Source: a bacterium (GTDB lineage: Bacteria; SAR324; NAC60-12). From it: DNA of 64,000 nt. The notes under the pieces are model-generated. The model ran no database searches. It was given only the letters and a program-made list of their open reading frames with translations, and was not told the origin of the DNA. Shown here one piece after another: positions 20,785-31,129 of this stretch. Both the position numbers and the translations under genes were made by a program. How positions within the stretch are numbered: the stretch's first letter is position 1; every line of letters begins with the position of its first letter. The DNA lies in the NCBI GenBank assembly GCA_965209155.1, contig OZ242383.1:992001-1056000 (forward strand), written 5' to 3'.

Positions 20785-20999
20785 GAAACATCCTGAAAGA
20801 TGTCTTCATCCGTGAGATATCCTGCTGCTTCTGCAAATGGCATTGTCTTTCCCCTTAGTTGTTCAAACAGAATCACAGAGAGTTGTCTTCGTAAAGCACT
20901 TCGTACAATGTCGCTACGGCTTTGGCCCGTTTGGGTCGATACTGTATTCAGCATTTGATCGAGTGTTTCATCGAGACGAATCGTAATTTCAGTGTTCAT
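20781..20999 (-). CDS. Ribbon-helix-helix (CopG) antitoxin
   Basis: ITIRLD...SRSDIVRSALRR; overlaps the toxin start. Confidence 0.88.
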   Translation of the reverse strand: MNTEITIRLDETLDQMLNTVSTQTGQSRSDIVRSALRRQLSVILFEQLRGKTMPFAEAAGYLTDEDIFQDVS

Positions 21000-21240
21000 A
21001 GACCTCCTTGTTGAGAAAAAGATAAACCCGTTTTGTCATACAATGTATTACAATATGTGAGGATCACAAGAAAAAATCTCAATTCAGGATCGGCTCTTCC
21101 AGCCAGATTTCAATTGTCTTTTAAAAAGACAAATAAAGGTTTGACCCCTTTACATTTAAACCTTGAATAAAGCGAAAAAAGATTTGACCCCTTTTCTTGT
21201 TTCTTTTTTCATTTTACCTCACTATTTCGGACTGGTCGAC

Positions 21241-21375
21241 TTAAAACTCGATGATCGCCCGGCCGAGAATCTCACCGGCTTTCAGGGCATCATACGCCTC
21301 GTTGGCCTGCTCCAGTTGGTAGCGGGTCTTCACCAGTTAGTCGAGCGGGAACTTGCCCTTCCGGTGCCAGCGGAG
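21241..21375 (-). pseudogene. C-terminal remnant of a zinc-binding alcohol dehydrogenase
   Basis: GKFPLD*LVKTRYQLEQANEAYDALKAGEILGRAIIEF*. Confidence 0.75.
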
Positions 21376-21377
21376 AT

Positions 21378-21847
21378 ACATCTATCGTGACAACCTTGCC
21401 AATTGTGCCATCAGTAATAAGTGCTCGCGCCTTTCTCAAGTGCGGGTTCCGTCGATGCGTGAAAGCCTCCACAAGCACAACATTGTTCCTATGGGCGGCA
21501 TCGATCATTCGTTGGCAATCTTTCGCTGATGCGGCCAGTGGCTTTTCGCACAAAATATGTTTTCCGGCTTCTGCCGCCTTGACAGTCCATTCACAGTGCA
21601 TGCTGATCGGCAGTGGAATGATCACAGCGTCTATCTCAGGGTCGGCTAGTTGATCTTCATAGGACCCATACCATCGATTGATTCCGTGTTCATCTGCCGC
21701 GGCTTTAGCCTTGGAAACCGTTCGTGATGAGATTGAAACAATTTCTGAGTTTTTCGATTCGAGCGAGGCAGGAAGGTGGGCCTTCATGCCAATCTGTGAA
21801 GTCGAAATAAGACCATACCGAACAATTTTCTTTTTCATGTCTTTCAC
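21378..21847 (-). pseudogene. Gfo/Idh/MocA oxidoreductase 5' half (copy C)
   Basis: Near-identical to 35020-35489; truncated after VVTID. Confidence 0.92.
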
Positions 21848-21900
21848 CTATCCAGCGCGTTTTCAATTGGGTGGTTCTCGTCGTCAAATTACGTCACCTC

Positions 21901-22647
21901 TCAATAACTCCCTGGCGCCACATGCGCAGTGACCAGGTTGCTACCGCCATCAACATCGAGTATCGACCCGGTGATAAACGATGCCTCGACGGAGGCGAGA
22001 TAGGCGATCGCGTTGGCAATTTCCTCCGGCCTACCGAGCCGCCCTATCGGCAGGCGCTCCGAGACAGCAGCCTCCACCGCTGCCGGGTCGCCAGTTTTTG
22101 CCATTGCGTCGCGAGCAAAAGGCGTCAACGTGGCACCCGGACAGACCGCATTCACCCGAACGCCTTGGCGGGCATACTGCAACGCCATTTGCCTGGTAAG
22201 CCCAATCACACCGGCTTTGTTGGCGCAGTAGGCGGCTTTGTTCGGCATCGGATTCAGCCCGGCCACGGAGGCGACATTGACGATGGCGTCGGATGCCTGT
22301 TTGAGCATGTGGGGAAGAGCGAACTTGCACCCCAGGAAGACAGCGGTCAGGTTCACCGCCATCATTCGATCCCATTCTTCGATGGTGGTGTTAATCACGT
22401 CCCCCTCGCCATGAGTAATGGCATTGTTGACTAAAACATCAATCCGACCGGTTTCACTCACTGCTCGTTCGACCAGCCCACTGAGCGCATCGGGATCGGT
22501 CACGTCGCAGATGACTTCGATGAAGTCGTGTGGTGTTTCCCCAAAAGCCAGGTCTGTGCCGTAGACTCGGTCTCCGAGTTCCAAGAATTTCCGGGCGGTC
22601 GCTTCGCCGATGCCGCCTCGCGCGCCGGTAACGATTACTGTTCTCAT
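21901..22647 (-). CDS. SDR2 (copy C allele)
   Basis: TGARGGIG and YCANK; same length as 35543-36289. Confidence 0.9.
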   Translation of the reverse strand: MRTVIVTGARGGIGEATARKFLELGDRVYGTDLAFGETPHDFIEVICDVTDPDALSGLVERAVSETGRIDVLVNNAITHGEGDVINTTIEEWDRMMAVNLTAVFLGCKFALPHMLKQASDAIVNVASVAGLNPMPNKAAYCANKAGVIGLTRQMALQYARQGVRVNAVCPGATLTPFARDAMAKTGDPAAVEAAVSERLPIGRLGRPEEIANAIAYLASVEASFITGSILDVDGGSNLVTAHVAPGSY

Positions 22648-22665
22648 CTTACATCTCCTTCCAAG

Positions 22666-22806
22666 AAGTCGTGTGGTGTTTTCCCAAAAGCCAGGTTTGT
22701 GCCGTAGACTCGGTCTCCGAGTTCCAAGAATTTCCGGGCGGTCGCTTCGCCGATGCCGCCTCGTGCGCCGGTAACGATTACTGTTCTCATCTTACATCTC
22801 CTTCCA
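22666..22806 (-). repeat. Tandem duplicate of the SDR2 5' end
   Basis: Repeats 22523-22662. Confidence 0.9.
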
Positions 22807-22875
22807 ATTCGTTCCTTGTTTGTCAATAATAAACTGGGTATAGTTATCTTTGATCTCCTATATTTAAACGACATT

Positions 22876-23321
22876 TTACATTTTCTTCCAATCCGTTCCT
22901 TCCTGAAACCCATGGGCGGCCCGGTAAATGGTGGATTCGTCAAAATGCTTTCCAATGAGCTACAAACTCACTGGGAGACCCTCTGACATCCTACAAGGAA
23001 TGGCCATTGCCGGGTGGTGAGTGAGATTAAAGGGGCATGTATTTGCGTGGTATGGGACACATCCTTTTACATATTCTTCTCGACTTGCATCAGGAGCCGG
23101 CATCGGTGGAGCCTTAATCGTAGTTGGCATCGCCAGCAAATCAAAATCATCAAAAACCTTGTCATACGCCGCTCTCAGCAGTCTACTCAGATTGATTGCC
23201 TTTCCATAATAGCGATCCCCGTAATACTTTCTGATGTAGGTACTAAACATAAATACCAACTTCGCGTTTTCAGGCAGTTCATTTGCCCGGTTTCGCCAAT
23301 TCCTGCAAAAATCCATCAGAC
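22876..23321 (-). pseudogene. Amidase 3' fragment, a divergent allele of 42228-43748
   Basis: YYGKAINLSRLLRAAYD...PFNLTHHPAMAIPC; TAG at 22960. Confidence 0.92.
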
Positions 23322-23329
23322 CATTTATT

Positions 23330-23650
23330 TTACGCTTTTATCCGAAAATCAAGAGCATGAGGTTCACGTTCAAGCAGTTCCAATAATACTTGGGTAGCTC
23401 CGGTTGGTGTTCTTTTCCCTTGTTCCCACTGCCTCACTGATGAGAGACTCACATTGAGCAGTTTCGCAAAAACTGATTGTGAGAGGGCTGCTTTTTTCCG
23501 GATATTTCGGATTTTATTGGCAGTGAGATTGACCTCCTTGAAATCGATTCCCAGAGATTTTAACTCTTTTTCACTAAAGTCAACATCCATCCCTGCATCG
23601 AGGAACCCCTGGAGCGTTTCTTTCAGTGCACTTTTAACACTATTCCTCAT
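23330..23650 (-). CDS. HTH (XRE/HigA-like) antitoxin
   Basis: IRNIR....LSQSVFAKLLNVS..SVRQWEQG.R.P. Confidence 0.92.
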   Translation of the reverse strand: MRNSVKSALKETLQGFLDAGMDVDFSEKELKSLGIDFKEVNLTANKIRNIRKKAALSQSVFAKLLNVSLSSVRQWEQGKRTPTGATQVLLELLEREPHALDFRIKA

Positions 23651-24020
23651 CTTGAATCTCCACCAAATAATATTCTTGTCTGTCTACCAATTCTTTCATT
23701 TCCAACACAGATTGAGACAATATCGTTTTTGATAATTTTTTAAAAAACTTCAGTTCTGTCTGATCAAGGTTTTCCTTTTCATTTTTCGAAAAACCAAAAA
23801 CAAAAATGGCTCGATCATCCTTCTGATATACGAGAATGGTTCTATATCCTCCACTTTTGCCACCTCCAGATTTAGCCACTCTGATTTTATAAAGGCCAGA
23901 TCCTAAATCTACAGAACCTTTTCCCCCATTCATATTTGAAATTGCCTGATTGAGCAGGTCATCCGTAATTTTATTCTTCCTGGCCCATCGGTTAAACCAT
24001 TTGGTTTTGAGCTTCCACAT
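23640..24020 (-). CDS. RelE/HigB-type toxin
   Basis: KTKWFNRWA, DLGSGLYKIRVA..GGGKSGGYR and FSKNEKEN. Confidence 0.92.
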   Translation of the reverse strand: MWKLKTKWFNRWARKNKITDDLLNQAISNMNGGKGSVDLGSGLYKIRVAKSGGGKSGGYRTILVYQKDDRAIFVFGFSKNEKENLDQTELKFFKKLSKTILSQSVLEMKELVDRQEYYLVEIQDEE

Positions 24021-24026
24021 TTTTTA

Positions 24027-24051
24027 AATATACTACATTGTGGTATATTTA
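24027..24051. promoter_or_regulatory. Palindromic operator upstream of the RelE/HTH pair
   Basis: aaatatac-tacattgtg-gtatattt inverted repeat just upstream of the toxin start. Confidence 0.55.
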
Positions 24052-24146
24052 GGAATAAGAAAAAAGTTTCAATGGGAGAATGCGATGATTTCTTAAGGAA
24101 AAATCAGGACTACAATATGACTGAAAGTAGCTCTGGTTTTTACATA

Positions 24147-24685
24147 TCAGCGATTCGGCATATTGAGATCTAAAAATATTCCTGCTTCGACAATATCGAT
24201 GATATCTTCATCGTGGGCGTCTTCCAAATGAGGGTATCTTGGTAGGGTATGAAAATAAGCGGTATGTTGCACTAAACGTTCTAATTTCTTGAGTTTATTT
24301 TCCACCGGACTGGGCGTCCCCCACTGACTACCCCGACCAATCTTTTTAGGGACTTCGCCCGGCCGGGTAGAGTTTTCAAAATAAGCGCCTGCCTCTTTAC
24401 TCGTGAATCCATATTGACTCAATACCACTCTTTGCGTTCTCCCTTGACAATCTGTCTCTCTTGTTTGGGAAACACAAAGTTAGCTTCATACCACTCGGTC
24501 CCGAGAAGCATGCCAGGCTGATCACGGATTGGTAAGGCTCCAAGGCTTTTGATATGTGGTTGCTGCCTGAGTACCGTAAGGGCTTCGGGGAGCAAGAATA
24601 CATCGCGCACCTTATGCCATTTGGGAAACCAACCCAACCCGAACTTGGTTGGACAATGCGGTTTATGATAATACTCCGTGGTCAA
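24147..24685 (-). pseudogene. Hypothetical protein, split or 5'-truncated
   Basis: Two overlapping ORFs (24419-24685 and 24147-24428) with protein-like composition; family not recognised. Confidence 0.4.
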
Positions 24686-24735
24686 AGACGCAGGGAGTGA
24701 CCCTTCGCTGCAAGAACTTTTTCAAGTCCTCTTCC

Positions 24736-25068
24736 CTAATTCTCAGTTCTCGCCCGATTTGACAAGTCAGAAGCGATGCGTCGTTCCTTATTGCGTGTGT
24801 CCGTAGACCATGCAATATAACGCTCCCCATTTTTCACATCCACACTTTCAAGCAATCCGATGTGGCATTCGGCATCGTCACGGACATCCACAGTCATCCA
24901 GGGTCGGTAAGCCTGGGTCTGTTCGTATTGGCCTAAAAGCATCATTTCAATATTGTGATGCCAATCTCCTTTTTCTTTTTGATGTGCCGACAAAATTGGG
25001 CCCACATTGTCACCGGGACAGCAAGTGATTGCATCCCAATTGCCGTTTTCCTGAGTGAGCCTCTTCAT
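24736..25068 (-). pseudogene. Internal fragment of an extended SDR / NAD-dependent epimerase
   Basis: ITCCPGDNVGP...VDVRDDAECHI...GERYI. Confidence 0.75.
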
Positions 25069-25100
25069 TCAAGGCATTCATGTCCATTCCAGCGCAAAAA

Positions 25101-25420
25101 CCGCCTAAAAGAGCGTAGCGATTTCTATGGTAGGGCGCATCTCCAATCTTTAATCTGGGAGATTCAGCACGCGCTTGGCGATAATGTTCAGTTGCACTTC
25201 GGAGGTTCCGCCTTCAATGGGATTGGCTCTTGAGCGTAGCCATTCTCGGGTGATGCCCAATTCTTTCCTGGAAAAACCATCTCCGCTCCAACCCAGGCTT
25301 TGGGCTCCTAAACTGGAAATGAGAATTTCATATCACGGGTTTCTGCACGAAATTTTTCAAGAGCTTCCAAGAGTCCTCTTTTGTTAGACGTTGTCAGCAA
25401 GGAATTGTTGCGCCCCATTC
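25101..25420 (-). pseudogene. Cluster copy D, left part: ends of both acyl-CoA dehydrogenases and HpcH joined together
   Basis: 25101-25146 matches 29983-30028; 25148-25332 matches about 31126-31312; 25333-25420 matches about 32280-32368. Confidence 0.93.
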
Positions 25421-25985
25421 ACAGTGATGGAAGGCCCCAGTTCTTTCGCAAGGGAACGCGTCATACCCAGTAGGCCCGCCTTCGAAGCTGCGTAGGCAAG
25501 CTTGCTGACTGTACCACCGCTGAAGGCGGCTATAGACGAAATACTTATAATTCGACCAGAACCTCGATCTTGCATCGATGGAACAATCGCTCTCGACCAG
25601 TTGAAACACCCTTTCAGGTTCACATCAATCGTACGATCCCACTCGGATTCACTAATTTCCAGTAAGCCTTTCGAACTCCCGATCCCCGCGCTATTGACAA
25701 GAACACTGATCGACTTGTAACGCTCTAGAATGTCATCCGTCACTTCTTCAGCTTTTTCAAAGTTGCTGACGTCGGCAACGAAGGACTCAGCCCGGACGTC
25801 TGTCGCACAAAGTTTACCAGTCGCCTTTTTAGTTCGGCTTCGAGAACATCGACAAGCGCAAGATTGAAACCTTTGGCAGCGAGCGCCATGGCGCAACCAA
25901 GGCCTATCCCCCTGGCGCCTCCCGTTACCACAGCAACGGAGCTGGTATCCTCCTTTGCAGTCATAAAATCTTCCTTTGTAGTCAT
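25384..25985 (-). pseudogene. SDR1 copy D, 3' end replaced by the HpcH tail, with a 1-bp frameshift near 25825
   Basis: ...GPSITVN then GAQQFLADNV*. Confidence 0.9.
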
Positions 25986-26032
25986 AAATTTTGCCGCGAC
26001 AAGAACTAGAACTCTGTCAATTTTAATTTGAC

Positions 26033-26104
26033 GGTAGGGCCGGGTGACGTCCCGGCCTAAGAAACGCCACGCTCGCATTGGCCGGGACGTCACCCGGCCC
26101 TACC
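26033..26104. repeat. REPIN-like GTAG palindrome
   Basis: Perfect 25-bp inverted arms ggtagggccgggtgacgtcccggcc; each arm is a hairpin behind GTAG. Confidence 0.85.
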
Positions 26105-26135
26105 ATTAATTCGTCATTTTAAATTTGACGGTGTA

Positions 26136-27188
26136 CTAGAACCAGACCTCAGTTTGCGGTTTGCCAGTTGTTTCCAGATCCAAGTTTATCGCTTGGCCTG
26201 AATCGGAGGACTCATGCAGCGCCTCGAGGACCGCGGTATTTCGCAGGCCATCTTCTGCTGGGAATTCGGGAGCCTTGCCTGTGAGGACGCACTCCGAAAA
26301 TTCGTCTAACTGAACGGTGAACCGATTAGGTGCCGACGTGGCGATGGTTTGTTCATTTTGGCCATCAACTCCCTTAATGATGAGGGGACCGGAATCCTCA
26401 AACATTGACGGAATCTCGATCCTTCCTTCACGTCCGTCAATCGAAATCTGAAAACGAAAGGATGAGTGTTCCAGGCTGCTCGTTACATTGGCGACTGCAC
26501 CACCGGCAAACTCCATAATTCCACAGAATGTTGTGTCGACGCCCCAGTCACCGGAATCGTAACCAACCTCACGGACACGGATTGGTTCCGCAGAAAGAAC
26601 GAATCTTGTGGCATACACTGCGTAACTGCCGACCTCCCGCAACGCACCGTGTTCAAGCTCAGCCGAATATCGATTGGATTCCAGATCGGCCTGGCTGGTT
26701 CGGTGGCTGCAGCCAACAGCATCTATCGTGACAACCTTGCCAATTGTGCCATCAGAAATAAGTTCTCGCGCCTTTCTCAAGTGCGGGTTCCATCGATGCG
26801 TGAAAGCCTCCACAAGCACAACATTGTTCCTATGGGCGGCATCGATCATTCGTTGGCAATCTTTCGCTGATGCGGCCAGTGGCTTTTCGCACAAAATATG
26901 TTTTCCGGCTTCTGCCGCCTTGACAGTCCATTCACAGTGCATGCTGATCGGCAGTGGAATGATCACAGCGTCTATCTCGGGGTCGGCTAGTTGATCTTCA
27001 TAGGACCCATACCATCGATTGATTCCGTATTCATCTGCCGCTGCTTTAGCCTTGGAAGCCGTTCGTGATGAGATTGAAACAATTTCTGAGTTTTTCGATT
27101 CGAGAGAGGCAGGAAGGTGGGCCTTCATGCCAATTTGTGAAGTCGAAATAAGACCATACCGAACAATTTTCTTTCTCATGTCTTTCAC
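26136..27188 (-). CDS. Gfo/Idh/MocA oxidoreductase, intact (copy D)
   Basis: YGSYEDQLADPEIDAV, HCEW, GKHILCEKP and GALREVGSY. Confidence 0.93.
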   Translation of the reverse strand: MKDMRKKIVRYGLISTSQIGMKAHLPASLESKNSEIVSISSRTASKAKAAADEYGINRWYGSYEDQLADPEIDAVIIPLPISMHCEWTVKAAEAGKHILCEKPLAASAKDCQRMIDAAHRNNVVLVEAFTHRWNPHLRKARELISDGTIGKVVTIDAVGCSHRTSQADLESNRYSAELEHGALREVGSYAVYATRFVLSAEPIRVREVGYDSGDWGVDTTFCGIMEFAGGAVANVTSSLEHSSFRFQISIDGREGRIEIPSMFEDSGPLIIKGVDGQNEQTIATSAPNRFTVQLDEFSECVLTGKAPEFPAEDGLRNTAVLEALHESSDSGQAINLDLETTGKPQTEVWF

Positions 27189-27241
27189 CTATCCAGCGCG
27201 TTTTCAATTGGGTGGTTCTCGTCGTCAAATTACGTCACCTC

Positions 27242-27480
27242 TCAATAACTCCCTGGCGCCACATGCGCAGTGACCAGGTTGTTACCGCCATCGACATCGA
27301 GTATCGACCCGGTGATAAACGATGCCTCGACGGAGGCGAGATAGGCGATCGCGTTGGCAATTTCCCCCGACTCAGCCATCCGCATCAGTCAAATCCAGAC
27401 CCATTTCATCGGCAAGTTCTCGTATTTGTTGCGGAGTTGGTAATTGTACAGCCATTTTTTACTCTCCTGAAAAAAGTTTA
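27242..27480 (-). pseudogene. SDR2 3' end joined to the amidase 5' end and leader (copy D)
   Basis: 27242-27365 matches 35543-35665; 27377-27480 matches about 43669-43772. Confidence 0.9.
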
Positions 27481-27515
27481 CCTTATTTCTTTCTGCTCCT
27501 CTTCACTCCTCAGGG

Positions 27516-27611
27516 GCGCGTGCTGGTCTCATCCTGGATTTGATCCTCGCTGCTCTCTGTGTCAGTCCTTGAAGATACGGGGCAATCTTGCCCTTCCCGG
27601 AACGAAAAGCA
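27516..27611. repeat. 96-bp unassigned repeat, copy 2
   Basis: Matches 3835-3930. Confidence 0.9.
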
Positions 27612-27614
27612 GGG

Positions 27615-27750
27615 GATGTGGATTGGCTGGATTGAGGAAATCCCTGGGGTCAATTGCCAAGAAGCAACGAGAGAAGAATTACTGGACAGTTTAAGAATTA
27701 CTTTATGGGAAGCTTTAGAGTTTAACAAGCAGGATGCAATTTCTGCTTTT
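27615..27750 (+). pseudogene. HicB-like antitoxin fragment
   Basis: WIGWIEEIPGVNCQEATREELLDSLR..L.EAL. Confidence 0.8.
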
Positions 27751-27763
27751 GTTTTTATTTTCT

Positions 27764-28054
27764 CTAAGCAGCATTTACAGTGAGTTTTAGTCCAAGGCTC
27801 TTCAGCACAGAGAATAAGCTAGATAACTGTGGATTCCCTTTTTCAGAGAGCATACGGTATAAGCTTTCCCGATTAAGATTAGATTGCTCGGCAAGCTTTG
27901 CCATCCCGCCCTTTACTTCTGCGACATCTCTGAGCGCTAACAAAAACGTGTCGCTATCGCCTTCTTCCAAAGCAGCATCTAGATAAGCAGCTGCTTCTTT
28001 GGGGTCTTTCAGATCTTCTAATAATCCCTCTTTATAAGATACGGATGGTCTCAT
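27764..28054 (-). CDS. Addiction-module antidote (HTH)
   Basis: L.DPKEAAAYL.AAL...ALRDVAE.KGGM..LA....LNRESLYRMLS..GNP. Confidence 0.93.
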   Translation of the reverse strand: MRPSVSYKEGLLEDLKDPKEAAAYLDAALEEGDSDTFLLALRDVAEVKGGMAKLAEQSNLNRESLYRMLSEKGNPQLSSLFSVLKSLGLKLTVNAA

Positions 28055-28395
28055 GTGGTCTCCTTTTTTCTTTTGTTGTAATCTGTCCAATATTTTTTAG
28101 CGTGCTCGATCATCTTATTTTGGGATTTCTTATCACTCCCACAAAGCAACAAAACTAAGGAATCTCCATCCCTTCCATAATAGATACGATACCCTGGACC
28201 AAAATCTAACCTTAACTCACTCACCCCTTCCCCTACGGATTTAGCATCCCCAAAGTTTCCCAGCCTCAAGCGGTTTATACGGGTTCTTATCCTCGCTCTT
28301 GTCGAAGCATCTTTAAGAGAACGTAACCAATTCCTATAAGGGATCTTACTCTTTTCAGTTTGGTACTCCTCAATCGTTATCCTCTCTTCTACCAT
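28051..28395 (-). CDS. Addiction-module killer (RelE/HigB family)
   Basis: RINRLRLGNFGD.KSVGEGVSELRLDFGPGYRIYY. Confidence 0.93.
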   Translation of the reverse strand: MVEERITIEEYQTEKSKIPYRNWLRSLKDASTRARIRTRINRLRLGNFGDAKSVGEGVSELRLDFGPGYRIYYGRDGDSLVLLLCGSDKKSQNKMIEHAKKYWTDYNKRKKETT

Positions 28396-28504
28396 AATAT
28401 ATATTTTAGCTTAAAAGCTACGAAAAAGATACTACCCCCATAGTAAAATGGAAAATCGTCCTTTGGACGATCCCCCTTCAATCAGTTTAGCCCCCTTTAC
28501 GAAA

Positions 28505-28606
28505 TCAATCAACCTTGACACGAGTGAATTGAGGGGGTCGTTTTTCAATAAAAGAGGTCACCCCCTCTTTGAAGTCGGGTCGTGTGAGACTTTCTGCGAC
28601 CAAGCC
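28505..28606 (-). pseudogene. C-terminal remnant of an enoyl-CoA hydratase
   Basis: ESLTRPDFKEGVTSFIEKRPPQF. Confidence 0.8.
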
Positions 28607-28637
28607 TCGCATCGGCGAACCGTCCGAATGAAGCCCT

Positions 28638-29175
28638 TTAACTTGCTGAAACGGCGTCCTCTTGAGTTGTTGCTTGGGGGGTCGGTTCAGGGGAGAGATA
28701 GCTGCTCAACTTCTCTTCCGCTTCCTTTTTAGTTTTGCGAACATTTTCCATCTTGATCTCTTCATAGCCCCGAATGCTGTCCGGTAGCGAGGCGATGACG
28801 AGGGCGCTTTGCAAGTTTTCCGCATTGAGTTTGGGAAGCATTTGGTCGATCAAGTCTTCATACCAAGCCATCAATTTTGCTTCAGTTCGTCGCACTTCGG
28901 GACGTCCAAAGAGATCCAGGGGGGTTCCGCGTAAAAATTTGAAGCGGGCCAACATTTCCATCCAGGGAAAGATCCAGGAACCCAACTTGAGTTTATTCTT
29001 CAGCCCCCATTTTCGCAGGATCGGAGGATGGAGGTGGAGAGAAACCTTCACTTCGCCTTGGTAAGAATTTTTCGCATTTTCCACAGCAGGGTCTTGTATC
29101 CACAGACGAGCGATTTCATACTCATCTTGGTAGGCCATCAATTTGAAAAGCCAGCGGGCGACTGTTTCATTAATT
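28638..29175 (-). pseudogene. C-terminal fragment of a fused indolepyruvate:ferredoxin oxidoreductase family protein
   Basis: KLMAYQDEYEIARL, LHPP, LRGTPLDLFG and LPDSIRGYE.IK. Confidence 0.85.
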
Positions 29176-29192
29176 GTGGATTGAGGGCTCGC

Positions 29193-29960
29193 TTACACTA
29201 ATCCAAACCGGATCCCACACACGGTGACCCGATTTCCTTCAATGGAACACCCCTGTTGTTCTGCATGACGCAATACGTATTCTTGGTTGACAACCTTGAG
29301 ATCAATCCCTCCGAGGCCTTCTCCTCTTCCATCGGAGGCTTTCACAAAACGGAGGGTTGCATTTTCAAAAGGGAGGAGCGGTTGTCCCTGATCGTTGGTT
29401 TCCAAGGGGATTTGAGCAATTTCGCTCCAACGCTGGGACAGTTTGAAGGGATCCTCACTTTGTAGTTCAACGGATTGAAAAGCGGATACCACCTCGGTCC
29501 GCTTACTAGGCTTCCAATTGGTTCCTCCTGCCGGCCACCAGGGACCATCGGGTTGCTCAAATCCTTCATTCCAATCGATTTCAAAAATCGCTCCTCCCGT
29601 GTCCTGAGGGTGCATTTGAAAACCTTGGAACCCCTCATAATCCATTTGATGAACCAACCGAATCCCCAGTTTATCCACATGCTGTTGTCGGGGCTGTAGG
29701 TCATCACATTGTGTGATCACCATATAACCCCCGTTTCCCTTTCGGCGTTTGAGATAACGTTCTGCCGCCGTTTGCTCTTGGATTGGAGCCACTACTTCCA
29801 AAAAGGAGTTGCCCACCGGCAAGATCGCGTTTTCTAAACCGAATATACCTACCTCAGGATCCCGGTGCCCTACGGCAAGACCGAAGACAGCCGTCAGGGT
29901 TTCAATCACAGGTTCGAGTTGATAAGCTACTAAACAAATTTGTCTCAGTCGCAGGGACAT
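29193..29960 (-). CDS. VOC/glyoxalase-like protein
   Basis: LRLRQICLVA...FGLENA...FLEVVAP...GGYMVI...HPQDTGG. Confidence 0.8.
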   Translation of the reverse strand: MSLRLRQICLVAYQLEPVIETLTAVFGLAVGHRDPEVGIFGLENAILPVGNSFLEVVAPIQEQTAAERYLKRRKGNGGYMVITQCDDLQPRQQHVDKLGIRLVHQMDYEGFQGFQMHPQDTGGAIFEIDWNEGFEQPDGPWWPAGGTNWKPSKRTEVVSAFQSVELQSEDPFKLSQRWSEIAQIPLETNDQGQPLLPFENATLRFVKASDGRGEGLGGIDLKVVNQEYVLRHAEQQGCSIEGNRVTVCGIRFGLV

Positions 29961-29976
29961 ATCTTTCCTTTCTTTT

Positions 29977-31116
29977 TCAATAGCCGCCTAAAAGAGCGTA
30001 GCGATTTCTATGGTAGGGCGCATCTCCAAAAAGGTGCTGGGTCACTCGGGCACGTTTCAGAAAAAAGCCCATATCGGCTTCATCGGTCATTCCAATCCCG
30101 CCATGCATTTGGATGGCTTCGTTACTGACATGAAAAAAAGTGTCTGACAGTCGAGCTTTGGTGAGGCTGGCCAGAGCCGGCACCTCCTCAGGTCGTTCGT
30201 CTAAGGCAGAAAGCGCATCCAAGACGGCTGATAGGCTCAATTCGATCTCACAAAACATCCAGGCTGCCCGGTGTTTCAGGGCTTGAAAAGAACCAATAGG
30301 CACATCAAATTGTTTCCTTTCTTTCAAATAAGCGATGGTTCTTCCAAAAACTTCCTGAGTGCTTCCCAACATTTCAGCAGACAGACCGATTCTCCCTCGA
30401 TCCAGGACTTGCTCTAATATCCGATAGCCCTGATCCACTTCGCCAATCACGGCTTCTTCCCCAACTTCGACTCCATTGAAACGGACCATGGCTGAATTTC
30501 TAGAATCTACCATCGCAGTCCGAGTGCGAGTCATCCCTGGTGCGTCTCCTTTGACAAGAAAAAGAGTGATGCCAACGGAATCATTGGCAGCTCCAGAAGT
30601 CCGGGCAGCGACAATCAGATGATCTGCCACATGACCATCCAACACCAAAACTTTTTCTCCCTCGATTTGATACTTTCCTGCGTTTTTTTTTGCAGCGGTG
30701 GTAATACGGGTCGGTGCGTGATGAGCCCCTTCCTCGAAAGCCAGGGCCAGGAGGCAGTTTCCTTCGACAATGGCAGGAAGAAATGCTTCACATTGGGCTT
30801 GATTGCCTCCGAGTTGAAGAGCAGAACATCCCAACAGCACAGTGGACAGCAGCGGAGTTGCCGCTAAGGTACGTCCTGTTTCTTCCAGAATCACTCCCAA
30901 TCCCATGTATCCAAAATCTAACCCACCAAACTGTTCTGGAATCAAAATGCCGGCCCAACCTTGATCTGCCATTTCCTGCCACAGTTCCCGAGAGAAACCG
31001 TGAGGATCTTCCTCATCTCGCAGTTTCCGGAGTTCGGTGATGGGGGCCTTCTTCTGCATGAATTCATTGGCAGTGTTTTTCAGTAATGATTGTTCTTCTG
31101 TGAGGACTAGAGCCAT
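29977..31116 (-). CDS. Acyl-CoA dehydrogenase
   Basis: RKQFDVPIGSFQALKHR and QMHGGIGMT. Confidence 0.93.
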   Translation of the reverse strand: MALVLTEEQSLLKNTANEFMQKKAPITELRKLRDEEDPHGFSRELWQEMADQGWAGILIPEQFGGLDFGYMGLGVILEETGRTLAATPLLSTVLLGCSALQLGGNQAQCEAFLPAIVEGNCLLALAFEEGAHHAPTRITTAAKKNAGKYQIEGEKVLVLDGHVADHLIVAARTSGAANDSVGITLFLVKGDAPGMTRTRTAMVDSRNSAMVRFNGVEVGEEAVIGEVDQGYRILEQVLDRGRIGLSAEMLGSTQEVFGRTIAYLKERKQFDVPIGSFQALKHRAAWMFCEIELSLSAVLDALSALDERPEEVPALASLTKARLSDTFFHVSNEAIQMHGGIGMTDEADMGFFLKRARVTQHLFGDAPYHRNRYALLGGY

Positions 31117-31129
31117 CAGAGACCTTTCT

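Noticed and set aside
4969..22962. Amber (TAG) recoding, given five in-frame TAG codons
   Set aside because: TAG is the normal stop of rplQ, secY and other genes here, and the affected genes lie in a decaying region
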